This document shows positions 1 to 11,912 of a DNA stretch of 64,000 bases, piece by piece. Both the position numbers and the translations under genes were made by a program. The notes below the pieces were generated by a model. The model searched no databases, had not been told where the DNA came from, and saw nothing but the letters and a program-made list of their open reading frames with translations. Source of the DNA: Octopus sinensis (lineage: Eukaryota); NCBI RefSeq assembly GCF_006345805.1, contig NC_043006.1:63302001-63366000 (forward strand). Direction: 5' to 3'. The stretch's first letter is position 1, and each line of letters starts with the position of its first letter.

Positions 1-249
1 AATACATGAACCGGCAGTAAGAATTCTTGTAGTTGGAAAGATACAGCAGATCAATCATATGAGAGGTTACCGATCTGCACATATGTGAAAAGCATCCTTG
101 CTTTTCTAAATGATAAATCGCTTTTGATTTTGCTTGGATTTTTCTGTTTTTGTGTTTTGTGTATTTTTATACTTTCTTTTTGTTGCTGGTAGCGAAAGAA
201 ATTGTTTTCCAAGAAAGATTGCAATCACCGAAATAAACGTTTCTATCAC

Positions 250-1230
250 GCTCCGATTGTATACGTCTGTATAATAAATCTAATACCTCTAACTCCTCCA
301 AGAACAAGGACTCTTATAACCTAAAAACTCACAAAAATACACCCCCCCTAACTCTGCTCTGGCTAACTTTGAAAAGGATTTACTTCGAATGCTAAAATAT
401 ATTAAGTTTTCTGGTAAAACCAATTCTTTCCAGAAGAAGCTCTCTTGGATTATATCTAACATAAACAGGTCTTTTCGGATAAAACTGGGAAACTCTACTC
501 CTCCCGGTTGAAACATATGCCCTCATACTCAAGGAACTCTGCAGAAACTATAATCAAGCACATAAGAATGCTATTATGGACATTAACAACCTCCATTCTA
601 AGCTCGTCGCGGACCTCGGGCTACTGTACAGAACTGAACTATACACACCACCCCCACTTCACCCTGAAGGGCCATAATCCCAACTTCTTCACCAAACCTT
701 TTATTAGACTAAGCTTTCCCACAAAAATGCAAAGTCGACCGAACCGATAATACTAGTAAGGAGTAAGGTTAAACTTTGACTTTGGAATTGTACCAGTGAC
801 ATCATCACTTGGTTCCACTCCCTTTCTGATAAATCACGCACCCAGTTCCTTCGGTTTCACATTTCGAACTACTATGCTTCCATATCTCCTATTCTTTTAA
901 ATAAGATCCTAATCTTTGCAAGGAAGTATTTCCCGATCTGAAATCAATATCTTCATGGCGACTAGGAAAACACTTTTATACTTCAATAATAATTACTGAT
1001 CACGTAACTAGTCTGTGGATATATTTTGACATAACCATGGGCTCATCCGACTCCACCCATGTTACTAACCTGGTCCACTTCTTGCTTCTTTTCCCAGATC
1101 AACCAACACCTCCCTAACATCTCCGGAGGTCTGTACAAGAATGATGCACTCCTTACAGCCACCGGTTTATCTCGACTGTCAGTTGAACGCATCTAGAAAG
1201 CCTTCCATAGATACTTTAGTCATTGCTCTC
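250..1230 (+). mobile_element. Decayed Penelope-like retroelement (Naiad-like) RT, copy 1
   Basis: Frameshifted translation gives, in order, ANFEKDLLRMLKYIKF, DKTGKLY, FTLKGHNPNF, WFHSLSDK..FHISNYYASIS, FDITMGSSDS..TNLV and GLYKND. This is the motif order I recall for PLE RTs (ITLKDHKPNF, FDIxxFYPSI, FDVTMGSYDG, GLYRDD). Confidence 0.75.
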
Positions 1231-1639
1231 TCTTAATTATAGGAATATAACCATATACCTAGTTTATTATTAGCCTGGCCCATTATGCAATTATTTTCGT
1301 TTTAGCGATTCCAAGCGTTTTTAGTGGAGTTCACATTTCGGTTATGGAGGTTCTCTGGTTATTTCCAATATTCTTGTTACCATTAACTGCTTGATTTGGA
1401 ATCATATTTCTATTCATATTCTCCTTTATTTCGTTTCTGTTTATAATCCAACAAAGCGAACTCAATATTTATCCATCGGATGAAATATATTGGGATTGTC
1501 CCAAGTTACTCCTTGCCATTGGATGTGGTTCGCCAGAACTTTGATAATACTAGAATGTTTGAATAGTACCAGCCTGGATCTATTATCTCGATTTATTCAT
1601 TATATATATACTCAAATTTTTCCTGAGCACATATGCAGT

Positions 1640-2420
1640 CAACCTGCATATGGAGAAGCTTACCATAAATACATCTCTTTCATTGCTACCCAAAAAAGAA
1701 TACCTAAAAAAACATTTTTTTATAAAACCAATTCTTTTATGCGGCACATGAAGTGATGCACATATGAGTATGATCGGAAAGAAAACAAAACCGACCAGAC
1801 CAACAACGACGAGGATTTGCAGCATTTATTTAAATCTCGTGAGGTTCCACCACCTTATCCACAACTAGCCAGATTTAAAGAAATCTGGAGTATTATCAGG
1901 AGCATTAAATTCCAGTACACGCGGACATAATCGGTGATATATACCACTTAGATTATAATCTATACAACCCTTTAATTAAAAAAGATAACGTGAAAAACTA
2001 TAAAATAACACATCAAAGTACCCTAATTTAGACTTACAGGCTAAAAGGGTAGTGGAGAAGTTCAATTTAAGAGACAGAGCTGAACCATACCTCCCTAGAA
2101 CCCACTAGAATCAACATTAAAGACCATAAGCCTAATTCTCCCCACTAATCCATTCCTCAGAGTGGCAGATGCATGCCTCTGCCTTGGATTTAGGCAAAAT
2201 TAGTAAACTTATCAACGGTAAATACCTACACAAACTAAAGAACACGGTTAAAGTTAACTTATGGTCCAGTTCTTACGAAGTAATAGAATGATTCACTGAT
2301 ATTAATGATAAAAAACATGACAAATCCACTCAATAATTAACCATTACACATCTTCTCAACTAAGAACTGATATTTGCTTTGAGAAACTCTAGTTTATCCA
2401 AAGTTGACATAGAATTAGTA
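1640..2420 (+). mobile_element. Decayed Penelope-like retroelement (Naiad-like) N-terminus/RT, copy 2
   Basis: KTNSFMRHMK*, FKSREVPP..LARFKEIWSIIRSIKF, IKDHKP, DLGKISK..VNLWSSSYEVIE*F; many stops and frameshifts. Confidence 0.7.
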
Positions 2421-2809
2421 GCTAGAAAATTCATTATTGAATTATTTTGGAACCTGCCTGAATCTATTATCCTTATATATATATATAAATCTATTATCCT
2501 TATATATATATATAAATCTATTATTCATTATATATATATATAAAGTTAATCCAAACGTGAAAACACAAAGAGAAAACACAACAACGCGAGGACGTGGAAC
2601 AAATATAGTATTATTGTATGCGGAGCTCTTCGTCAGAAACATAGGAAAAAGGAAAAAAATCGCCAACGGTACACACGCGGTCACATTTTATATATATATA
2701 TTATATATATATATATATATTATATATATATATATAATGTATATATTAATGAATGTGTGAGTGAGTGTGTGTGCGAGAGAGAGAGAGAGAGTTGTGAGGG
2801 GTGTACGAC

Positions 2810-3105
2810 AATGATGACTGCTGTTCGATCAACTCAATTATCTACTTTCGAATAAATATTTAAGAGGCTGGCTATTCTACAAGTTAATTCTCAAGCAGTG
2901 TGTGACAAGGCTCTACCTTTTGAATTATAGGTATAATCCATCCTAGAAGCTTCTATAATTTGCATTTCCTTAATTTCTTCCCAAGGTATGAGTCAATCTG
3001 AGGCTTATAGGAAAAGACATTTGCCTAAGATGCCTCTCAGTGGGATTGAATCTCAGACCTCATTGTTATCAATCGAACTTATTAACCATTCGACCATATT
3101 GTGCC
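2810..3105 (-). mobile_element. Old tRNA-derived SINE with CORE-like segment
   Basis: Minus strand has a B-box-like GAGATTCAATCCC followed by GGCATCTTAGGCAAATGTCTT, similar to the CORE-like block of the main SINE family. Confidence 0.5.
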
Positions 3106-3130
3106 GACAGACACACACACACACACTCAC

Positions 3131-3131
<1 letters not shown>

Positions 3132-3222
<91 letters not shown>
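3132..3222. repeat. (GATA)n microsatellite
   Basis: Pure AGAT run; a second one lies at about 13655-13749. Confidence 0.95.
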
Positions 3223-3722
3223 GTGTTTGCCTGCGTATATATATGTGCATGTGTGCATATGTGTCACGAGTTCACTTTCTGTCTATTAAAGTATACATAC
3301 TAACACCTACTTTCGTATGTTTTTTCCGGCTATTGACCGAGCCAGATATTACTTTTGCCGTGAATACGACTTTCTTTATGTTGTTTAGTATTTTAACATC
3401 TACATATGTGTTTCAATATTTGTCGAAGAACAGGAAATGTTGTCACAAAACTATTCCAACCACAGTTTCCGACGAAGCAAGTTCATTAAACCCATTTATG
3501 TAAAGGTATTGACCGGTTGCACATATAGAAAGTTTTAATATATCTCAAGACAGCACGCTGCAGATAACAAATTAGAATTCTTTCGCAGCGTTGAAGAGTG
3601 TGGTGGAGTTTTTTGTGTATCTTGGTCTCTATGATATATACAATATGCTTTGTTAATATTTGTTTTTGTCTTTATATTATTATACAGCCAATGGCAATTT
3701 ACTTTATCCTTAACTTTTGCAG

Positions 3723-3861
3723 CCGAGCTTCTCTTCCTCCTCTGGGGAGTACGATTATGTATTGTTGTACGAAAAGCACCGTCTGAATTCAACGAAAGTC
3801 GGTTTATAAGTTGGGCCATATACAACGAAACTTTACTTTCATTATTTTTAAATGTTTCCAT
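3723..3861 (+). CDS. GPR158: GPR158/GPR179-like class C GPCR, coding exon (TM5-ICL3-TM6)
   Basis: ttttgcag|CC GAG ... TCC AT|gtaagt, 139 bp. Encodes (A)ELLFLLWGVRLCIVVRKAPSEFNESRFISWAIYNETLLSLFLNVS(M), matching the GPR158-family AEFLFLLWG..P..F.E.R pattern and the class C P..FNE motif. The symbol is family-level only. Confidence 0.92.
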
Positions 3862-4215
3862 GTAAGTACTTTTATATTGTCTTAAAGTACACGCAATCAA
3901 ATTATAGTGTGTAGAAAACGCATGGTTCCGAGTTTTTATCCACTTCACAGTGCCTTGAGAAATTGCCTTCTATTATACACTTGTTAGTAAAACTTGACTG
4001 GCGCACAGATAAGTAGATAGATAGATGCATACATGCTTACAAATGTGTGTGTGTGTAATGTATGTAACGTATGTATGTAACTGGTGCATCGAACACAAAT
4101 GCATTGTAGTATTTAATCTGCCCGTGTCGTAGAGACACTTCCTAAACTCCTAAAATGTTTAACCAGTAAGAATTCTAGCAGGTAACAACCCTTCAGTACT
4201 ACAACATTATTTGTG

Positions 4216-4253
<38 letters not shown>

Positions 4254-4256
<3 letters not shown>

Positions 4257-4409
4257 AAATAGCAGCCAAAACTTGAATCTAAACCACATTAAATGTTTAT
4301 ACCGCACCAGGAGAGAAGACAAAAGGACAAAATAAACTTTTGTCTTCTCTCCTGGGGCTGTATGAACATTTAATGTGGTTTTAGAGTCAAGTTTTGGATG
4401 TTATTTCAA
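4254..4409. repeat. Fold-back element with about 72-bp imperfect inverted arms
   Basis: Arms 4254-4325 and 4337-4409 with an 11-nt loop; the inner 19 bp (CCAGGAGAGAAGACAAAAG) pair perfectly. Confidence 0.85.
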
Positions 4410-6633
4410 GCGTAGTGGTACCTCTTAGATACCCTAAATTCTAATTTTAATAATAATTATTACCTTTGAAGGTTTTTTATTCCCATGCTGGCCACTTGAT
4501 AAGATCGATATTTAAATTAGTGATCTTATATATTAACGATCTTGATATATATATATATATTATATATATATATAGATGCAGTACGAAATTTTGTCAGTGA
4601 ACAAGTTGCGGTCTCAAAGCGACGAAAATATTTTGACAAATTAAATTTAAGTGTTGAAGTGAATCTAACGGTTTTGTTTCTTAAATGGTATATAAACACC
4701 TTCCATGCTGCAATTGTTTATATATATGTATATACAGAATAGTTGTTACAGTTTAACATTGTAGACAGTGGCAATACTAAATAACTGAGGTGAGCTTCTC
4801 TGATTGTGGAAACTCATTCTCGTAGGCTAGTGGGAAGTTTTATTAAAACCTACCACAGTATTGATATCCATAATTCCATTCATGCTATGCGAGAAAACTT
4901 CCATAACTATGTAGGTCAAACGGGAGAATGCAAGATATTAGTGAAGGTTCTCATTGTTAATGATAAGTAGAAAATTTCTCAAAGTGGAATAAGTAAGCTT
5001 GCCGCGAAACTGTGCAGAGAGCTGATGTTACGATAAAAAACATTTTCCGGTGTGTGAAGTCACTACCTTAAACGTTCGACCACGCCACTTCCTCATGTCA
5101 TAAACTAATTTATTCTACTGGAAACCACCTACCCTAGGTATCACATGTACTTATTGGTAAACTAATTTATTTTACTGGAAGATCCCTCTTCTCTGTATCA
5201 AGCCACCCTATCCTTAAAACTAACACGAGAGAAAGTTAACCCTAGCTTTTTACAAGATCAACATTTCGATGTTGAAAGATTAGCCTATACATATATGTTA
5301 CAATAAGGAAATTACCTACCTTTCAAGCGCTCCCTCATTCTAACGCGTTTCGCGGAACATTATGTTACGGATTTCTCATATTCGTAAAAGAATCACTACA
5401 ATAATTTGATGCAAAATACATATCAACTCCAAAATAAACCATACACATTTACCAAAAGAATTAACTAGTAATTCATTGGGTTTTGCATTTGTTTAAGACA
5501 TCATCTGGGGTTCTTTTTACTGATTTATTACTTTGGGTTGTACTTCGAAATTCAGCTCTTCAAAAGTAGTATCCATGTAATATCCATGCTTGAAAAATCT
5601 AGCCAAAAAACCTTTACTTTTACATCAGTATATCCGCAACTATTCCAGTAGATGAAGAACCCTGTCTGACACGTCAGATCTCCTCTATATGCAAATGATA
5701 ATCCTTCAACATCACAAACTACCTTACTCCACATCCATGGGGATTTACTCCACATCCATGGGGATCATGCAATGATGACTGCAAATTTTGACCTTAAGAA
5801 GACAAAGTTAAAACGTTTAATAATTTTGCACTGTTATAAAATCTTGTACTTAGAAGGGAAATGAGTAATTTTTAACATTCATACTTTTGCTCCAAAAACA
5901 TCACTGGTGTAATGAGTTTTTGACCGCAAATTAAAACTATAGACGTGGATTGTCCGGATATTAGTTTTATGCTACAGCGTTCTACATGAACTACTGATAT
6001 TGCGATGGGTTGATAAAGCCACTGTGTTTTAGGACAATGGGAAACAAGTAAGATATAAACTGCATCCCTCTCAAGCATAAATCAACTGAAAATGCTGTCT
6101 ACGGATAATTTAAATCACAAAGCAGACTCTCCCCACTTGAACTACACTTCTAATTCTACATTTAAACTATTGACTAGATACAAAAAAATCTAGACCAAAT
6201 TATTTCGCCATTCATCTTTCGGAGCCGAGAAAATAGAGTACCAATAATATTTTGGGGTCAGTGTAATTAACTATATTCACTTCGTGTGTATATGTAGCCT
6301 TATGTCTGGATTAGAAATCAATATATTGTAAAGACGAAATGCAAATTCAACCATTGAACGGCTTGAATACACGACATAGAGAGCAGTCTTTTTTTCCATG
6401 ACAATCATGCTCACTTACTTTTCCAGTTTCCCTCTCACAAGAATTCATACTCGCCTTCCCTCACACTCTCGCCGCTTCTCCTTCCTACTTCTATTTACTC
6501 TGTTGCCACACTTCCTTCTACACTTACACGCACACACCTCGTACCTACTGAGTATTTAAAACTCTAATATAAATGTATTTTTCATTTGATATCTCTCCTC
6601 ATATGTAATTATAATTCTGTTTCTATTTGAAAG

Positions 6634-6745
6634 GATATTTTTCCAGGATCCATTCCCATCTAATCCTGATCTACTTTATCTTGTCGTCTTCATACATTCA
6701 CAACTTACAACAACAGTGACACTGGCTTTTCTCTTTGGAAGCAAG
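6634..6745 (+). CDS. GPR158: GPR158/GPR179-like GPCR, coding exon (ECL3-TM7)
   Basis: tttgaaag|G ATA TTT ... AGC AAG|gtaag, 112 bp. Encodes IFFQDPFPSNPDLLYLVVFIHSQLTTTVTLAFLFGSK (compare GPR158 HTHLTVTVTIGLLLIPK). In phase with the flanking exons. Confidence 0.9.
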
Positions 6746-7349
6746 GTAAGAACACTAATAGTTTATTTTAATAATGCCTAATATACGTACTACGTTTGAA
6801 GCAAGTTGAAGTAAACTGACTACCAGAAGTAAACTTGAAACAATACCAGTGTTTCTGTTTACAATGCAATGTTCAAATTATTTCCGTATGTAGAGCTTAG
6901 AGAGAAATTCAAAAACAACTTACCAATAGAGTCAGCTACAAGACTATTTGAATTAGCTTATGTTTCGTCAGCGAGTTAAGGTTATTATTGCAACATAACT
7001 TGATAATTTGGTTGTTTTCTTTCTATCTGCGTACACCTAGTCATATCAACATTCAAAAGTCGAGTTTAAAATTTTCTGAGTTTGCGTTTTTTTATTGGAC
7101 CTATTTGAATTCTTGTGAGAAAATACCAGGTTTCTTCTTGACTGATTCTCATATGATGACGATGCATTTATGTGTTATTGCACTACCAGCAATGGATGAT
7201 ATGCATACTGCCTGAATATATTCCAACGATATGTAATCTCCACAATGACGGAAATTGTGAAAAAGATTAGTTTTTTTTTTTACATGGAATCGACATGCTG
7301 GAATAACTTTTCCAACTGGGTTAGAAGAGTTTTAGCTTCTCTTGTAGTT

Positions 7350-7460
7350 ACCATGGTGCTGGTGCTGGTGGTGCTGGTGCTGGTGCTGGTGCTGGTGCTG
7401 GTGGTGCTGGTGCTGGTGCTGGTGGTGCTGGTGGTGCTGGTGCTGGTGCTGATGATGGTG
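7350..7460. repeat. (GGTGCT)n/(GGT)n compound repeat
   Basis: About 100 bp of GGTGCT and GGT units in the intron. Confidence 0.9.
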
Positions 7461-7540
7461 AAGTCAACTATACAGCCTCACATCAGTGAGAATACAATGT
7501 TTTCTGATCACCAGACATTGTGAGTAGCAATATATGTATA

Positions 7541-8765
7541 CAGGGGTTGGACAAAATACTGAAAACACTTTAAAATTTCAAACAAATTAATTTTAATATG
7601 AGGTGGGACCACCTTTGACAGTAATTACAGCTTGAATTCTACGAGGTATGGACTCGTACAAAGTTTAAATTGTTTCCAAAGGAAGTTTTGTCCATTCTTC
7701 GGCTAAAACAGTCTCTAGTTCTTGTAGTGATTATGGTGGAGTATATCGACTCCTTACTTGTTTTTGTAAAATGCACCATAAATGTTCAATAATACTGAGA
7801 TCTGCGGACTGTGGTGGCCAGATAAGATGTTCAACTTCACTAGAATGTTCCTCGTGCCATTCAGTAACAAATTTAGCTGTGTGAATTGGTGCATTATCAT
7901 CCTGAAAGATTGCATTTCCCACCGGAAACAGTTCCGCAACCATAGGATGAATTTTATCAGATAAAATGTTTAAATAGTCTTGATTATTAATATTCCATGA
8001 AGGGAAACCATTGGGCCGGCGGATTTCCAAGATATAGCCCTCCAGATCATCACAGATCCTCCACCGTGTTTAACAGTTGGAAGAAGGTAGTCTTTTGGCT
8101 GTCTCCTTACGTATACTCGGCCGGTGGTCGGAAATATAGTAACATGTCCGAGAAAATAACATTCTTCCACTACTCTAGGGACCAATTCTGTAAGTTTTTA
8201 CTCCACTCTAAACGCTTTTCAACGTTTGTTTTTGAAAGTAGTGGTTAGCCCTCCCGTGAAATCCGGCTTTGTGCAACTCCTGGCGAACAGTCTTTGCAGA
8301 AACTGAATTCTCGGGGTGGTCATAAAGCTCTGCAGTAATTTTTGGGAGCTGTACTTTTGTGATCCTTTCTAACAACTCTAAGAGTCCGACGGTCCCTATC
8401 TGAAAATTTTGGTTTTCTTCCGGAGTTTTGTTTCGACTAGGAGATTTTTCCTTCTTTTTCAAAGACTGTCATTACTTTCGAGACAATACTTCTTGATACA
8501 CGAAACATCTCGGCTGTTTTCGTTACGCTAGCGCCTGCCATACAAGCACCAACAATTTGACCTCTTTGAAAACCCGATAGATCTGTCATTTTAATGAATT
8601 TTAGTTACCTTTTTCTGATGATATCTGAAAAGAAACTGCAATTTTAGCAAAACATATTAAGCAACACTTATAATAAATTAAAAAACATAAAAATAAACAA
8701 ACTTTTGACAGTTTTATAGAAGTTTCAAAATTATGATGCCATGATGCTAGGTGATTCCGTTATTT

Positions 8766-8768
<3 letters not shown>
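7541..8768 (-). mobile_element. Tc1-like DD34E DNA transposon, frameshifted
   Basis: TA|CAGGGGTTGGACAAAATA TIR at 7541; the right TIR is truncated by (TA)n. Minus-strand coding region about 8589-7593: MTDLSGFQRGQIVG, TVKHGGGSVMIW, FQDDNAPIH, WPPQSADLSIIEHLW. Confidence 0.92.
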
Positions 8769-8829
<61 letters not shown>

Positions 8830-9085
8830 CATACATACATACATACATACATACATACATACATACTAAGAAGCTCATATATGCACATACGCGCACAAAC
8901 ATTTACTTACACATACACGCATACATGCATAAGTATACCATATAGATATAGGCACCTGTATATAATTTCAATACAAACGCTTGCACTTCCACAATATATG
9001 CGCCCGTGAATCAGTGTACTAAAACAAGTATATACCTACATACAAACACACACACACACACACACAACACACACACACACACACA

Positions 9086-9165
<80 letters not shown>

Positions 9166-9479
9166 ATATACATACAGGCATACATAATTAATTTTGAAAT
9201 TCTATAACTTCATAACGCTGAACATTTAAATAAAAAATTTCCGAGATTCAAGAGAATTCTCTAAGAATTTTGAATTTTTTGAAACCTTTTGGTATTTTCT
9301 ACATTGTCTCAAAACTTCTTCGGGTGTTTTGAGGTTTATGTAATCTATTAAAAACTTACACTCTTTCAAACTGTCTCATTTTTTTCATTTTTTTCGTTTT
9401 CATTTTCTCAATTGTTACTCTTTTATTTTCTCCTGTCTCGTTCCCAGGTGCTTTTGACTTCTATTAACTTCTCTTAACT

Positions 9480-10740
9480 TCTTTCAACTTAGCTTGGTGT
9501 CCCTTGATAGAAAATTCAACAAAAAAGTACTCCATCTGAGAAACTCGCATATATATATATATAAACAGTCCTGTCATCTTCCTGTAATATTTAAAAACAT
9601 GATGACTAATAATAGTAAACAGAGTGTCTAACCTCTCTTCTCCCAAAGGAACTTTCGAGAAAGCTGCCCCATATTATAACAATAGCAAAACCCTGGCCAA
9701 TAGTGGCTTGAAAGATAAATTGATATATAATCCCTCTAATAATAATCAAAATAGGAATAAAAGATCTAGTAGCATCAAAGATAAAGTAGTACATAACCAC
9801 TCTAATATTAATCAGGATAATAATAAACCTAAAAGTAGGTCAAGGAAAATTATTTGATTTTCCCCTCCTTTTACCCTTAATATAAAAACTAACATTGGTA
9901 AAATATTCTTGTCTCTCCTAGACAAACACTTTCCAGCCACTCATATATATAGGAAAATATTTAATAGGCGCTCTGTGAAATTATCAAATAGCTGCTGCTC
10001 CAATATGAAGAGTATCATTACACGTGGTCAATACCAAGAGCTTGAATACAGTTGCAACTGTTGCGACCCAGGATCCTGTCCACTTGACCAACGATGTATG
10101 ACTAAATCTATCATACATGAAGCAGAAATTACTGCAACCCTAAATAAGTAATACAACTGATAAGAAGGCCTACATTGGATTATGTGAAGGCGAATTTAAA
10201 AATCGCTATGCCAATCACATAGCCTCCTTCTGACATAAGGACAAAAGTAAAGCTTCTAAGCTGGCTAGCTACATATGAACTCTGAAAGATAGCGAAACAC
10301 CGCATGTGATTAAATCGAAAGTAATTGAGAAAGCCATACCTTATATGAATGGATCGAATAAACGTAGACTTTGTTTATCTAAGATCCCTAACGCTCTATT
10401 GAACTCCAGGTCAGTAATTTTCAGCGATTGCTTACATATGTATAAATATATTTTGAAAAATTGGAAAATTTCCTGACTGACTTGATATTTTTCCAGACTT
10501 ATCATTTAAGGCCTCAGGAGGATAGCTCTTTTACCGTTTTACTTTTTATTTTTCACATTTTAGTTTCTGTTTTTCATTTTCCGTTATTTACTGTCTGCGT
10601 TTTCTATATACGGCCTTCTCAATTTTTTCGCGTTTCTCCTATTATTCAATTTATTTAGTTCGTTATGATCTTTGGTTTGCGCTTGAAGAATATGTGTGAG
10701 TTTTCTCAACAAAGATATGAAACTATTAGTAGCGCTTTAA
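9480..10740 (+). mobile_element. Penelope-like retroelement (Naiad-like) 3' half: RT thumb, linker, GIY-YIG endonuclease, terminal hammerhead
   Basis: RVSNLSS..FEKAAPYY, RKII*FSPPF..KTNIGKIFLSLLDKHFP..KIFNRRSVKLS, CNC..CPLDQRC..SIIHEA, YIGLCEGEFKNRYANH, RLCL; hammerhead motif at 10679-10735. Confidence 0.88.
10679..10735 (+). ncRNA. Minimal type-I hammerhead ribozyme motif (core C3 to U variant)
   Basis: GCGC / TTGAAGA / ATAT...ATAT stem II with an inner TGAG-TTTT-CTCA hairpin / GAAA / CT-ATT-AG / TA / GCGC. Confidence 0.7.
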
Positions 10741-10842
10741 TATATGTATTGTGACCTTTAAATTATATATATATCCTTATATATGCGCATATATAGACGT
10801 ATATATCTGTATGTTACGTCTATGTATGCGTGAGACTCGACC

Positions 10843-11137
10843 TCCCACTGCATGGCACCCTGGGCAAGTGTCTTCTACTATAGCCTCAGACCGACCGAAA
10901 CCTTGTGAGTGGATTTGGCAGGTGGAAAATGAAAAGCCCTGTCGTATGTGTGTATGTGTATGTGTTTTTTGTCTATGTTTGCCCTCCCCCAACCGGTCTT
11001 GATATGTTTACGGTCCCGTAAATTAGCGGTTCAGCAAAATTGACCAATAGAATAAGTATTAGGCTTAAAAAATAAGTCTCGGGGTCGATTTGTCCGACTA
11101 AAATCCTTTAAGGTGATGCTCTAACATGACCGCAGTA
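10843..11137 (+). mobile_element. tRNA-derived CORE-like SINE (family A), 5'-truncated
   Basis: GGCACCCTGGGCAAGTGTCTTCTACTATAGCC body and GGGGTCGATTTG tail shared with about 15 other copies. Confidence 0.85.
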
Positions 11138-11869
11138 CAATTTTTTTTCTCTATGACAAAATAGTGTGAATGGCTTGTTTACGAGTTTGAATGTGCCACT
11201 GGTATATTCGAACTGGAAATAATATTGCTGTTGTTATTTGAGTATCAAGCGATATTGGCATTACGAAATAAATATTGCACATTGCTCAGTCAAGCAGTAA
11301 ACTTGTTATGGTTTGCTATGGAAATATAATTTTAAAATATATCCGTTCCATATAGTTGAAATAAATGGAGCCTTTAATTTGTATTTTTAATTGCTCTGAT
11401 AATTTACACTACAATTTGAAATTTACATTTCATATTTATATATTTTCCCGTTTCAATTAAATGCATTTTAAAATTTAACTGAGCGTAATGTATGATGCGA
11501 AATGTAATGATGTGAAGGAGAAAGAAGAAGAGAAGGAAGATAATTATGATGATAGTTATTGAAACGCGAAACGTGTTAAATAATTTGTAATTAATATGCT
11601 TTTCATCACTGTTGTTCTAGTTTCTACTCATCCCATCTCCTCTTATATCTTCCTTTCATATTATCAGCTTCTCGTACAATCGCCTTCTCGCTCCATTTCT
11701 CCTCGCTCCATTTCTCCTTGCTCTCTCTTACTTTATATTCTGTTTGTTCTGCTGTCTCGCTCTATCGTTCTTTCTTTCTACTTCTCCGTAGTACCCTCTC
11801 TCAAACAATCATTTTCTGTCTTTTTCTCACTCTCTTACTCGCTTCTCTTTCGCTCTATCTCTATCTCTT

Positions 11870-11912
<43 letters not shown>

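Noticed and set aside
1-3700. Upstream GPCR exons
   Set aside because: No segment translated to GPR158-like TM4/ECL2 sequence; the region is explained by repeats, so these exons probably lie before the window.
7245-7523. Apparent transmembrane ORF (VLVLVVLVL)
   Set aside because: Product of the GGTGCT repeat inside an intron.
8616-8640. CTGATGA...GAAA in the Tc1 5' region
   Set aside because: No stem II or stem I pairing; chance match in AT-rich DNA.
9856-10280. In-frame TGA codons in Naiad-like PLEs as possible selenocysteine or alternative code
   Set aside because: They fall at expected Trp (TGG) or Arg (CGA) positions, not conserved Cys. Other Trp codons remain TGG and the copies have frameshifts, so ordinary decay explains them.
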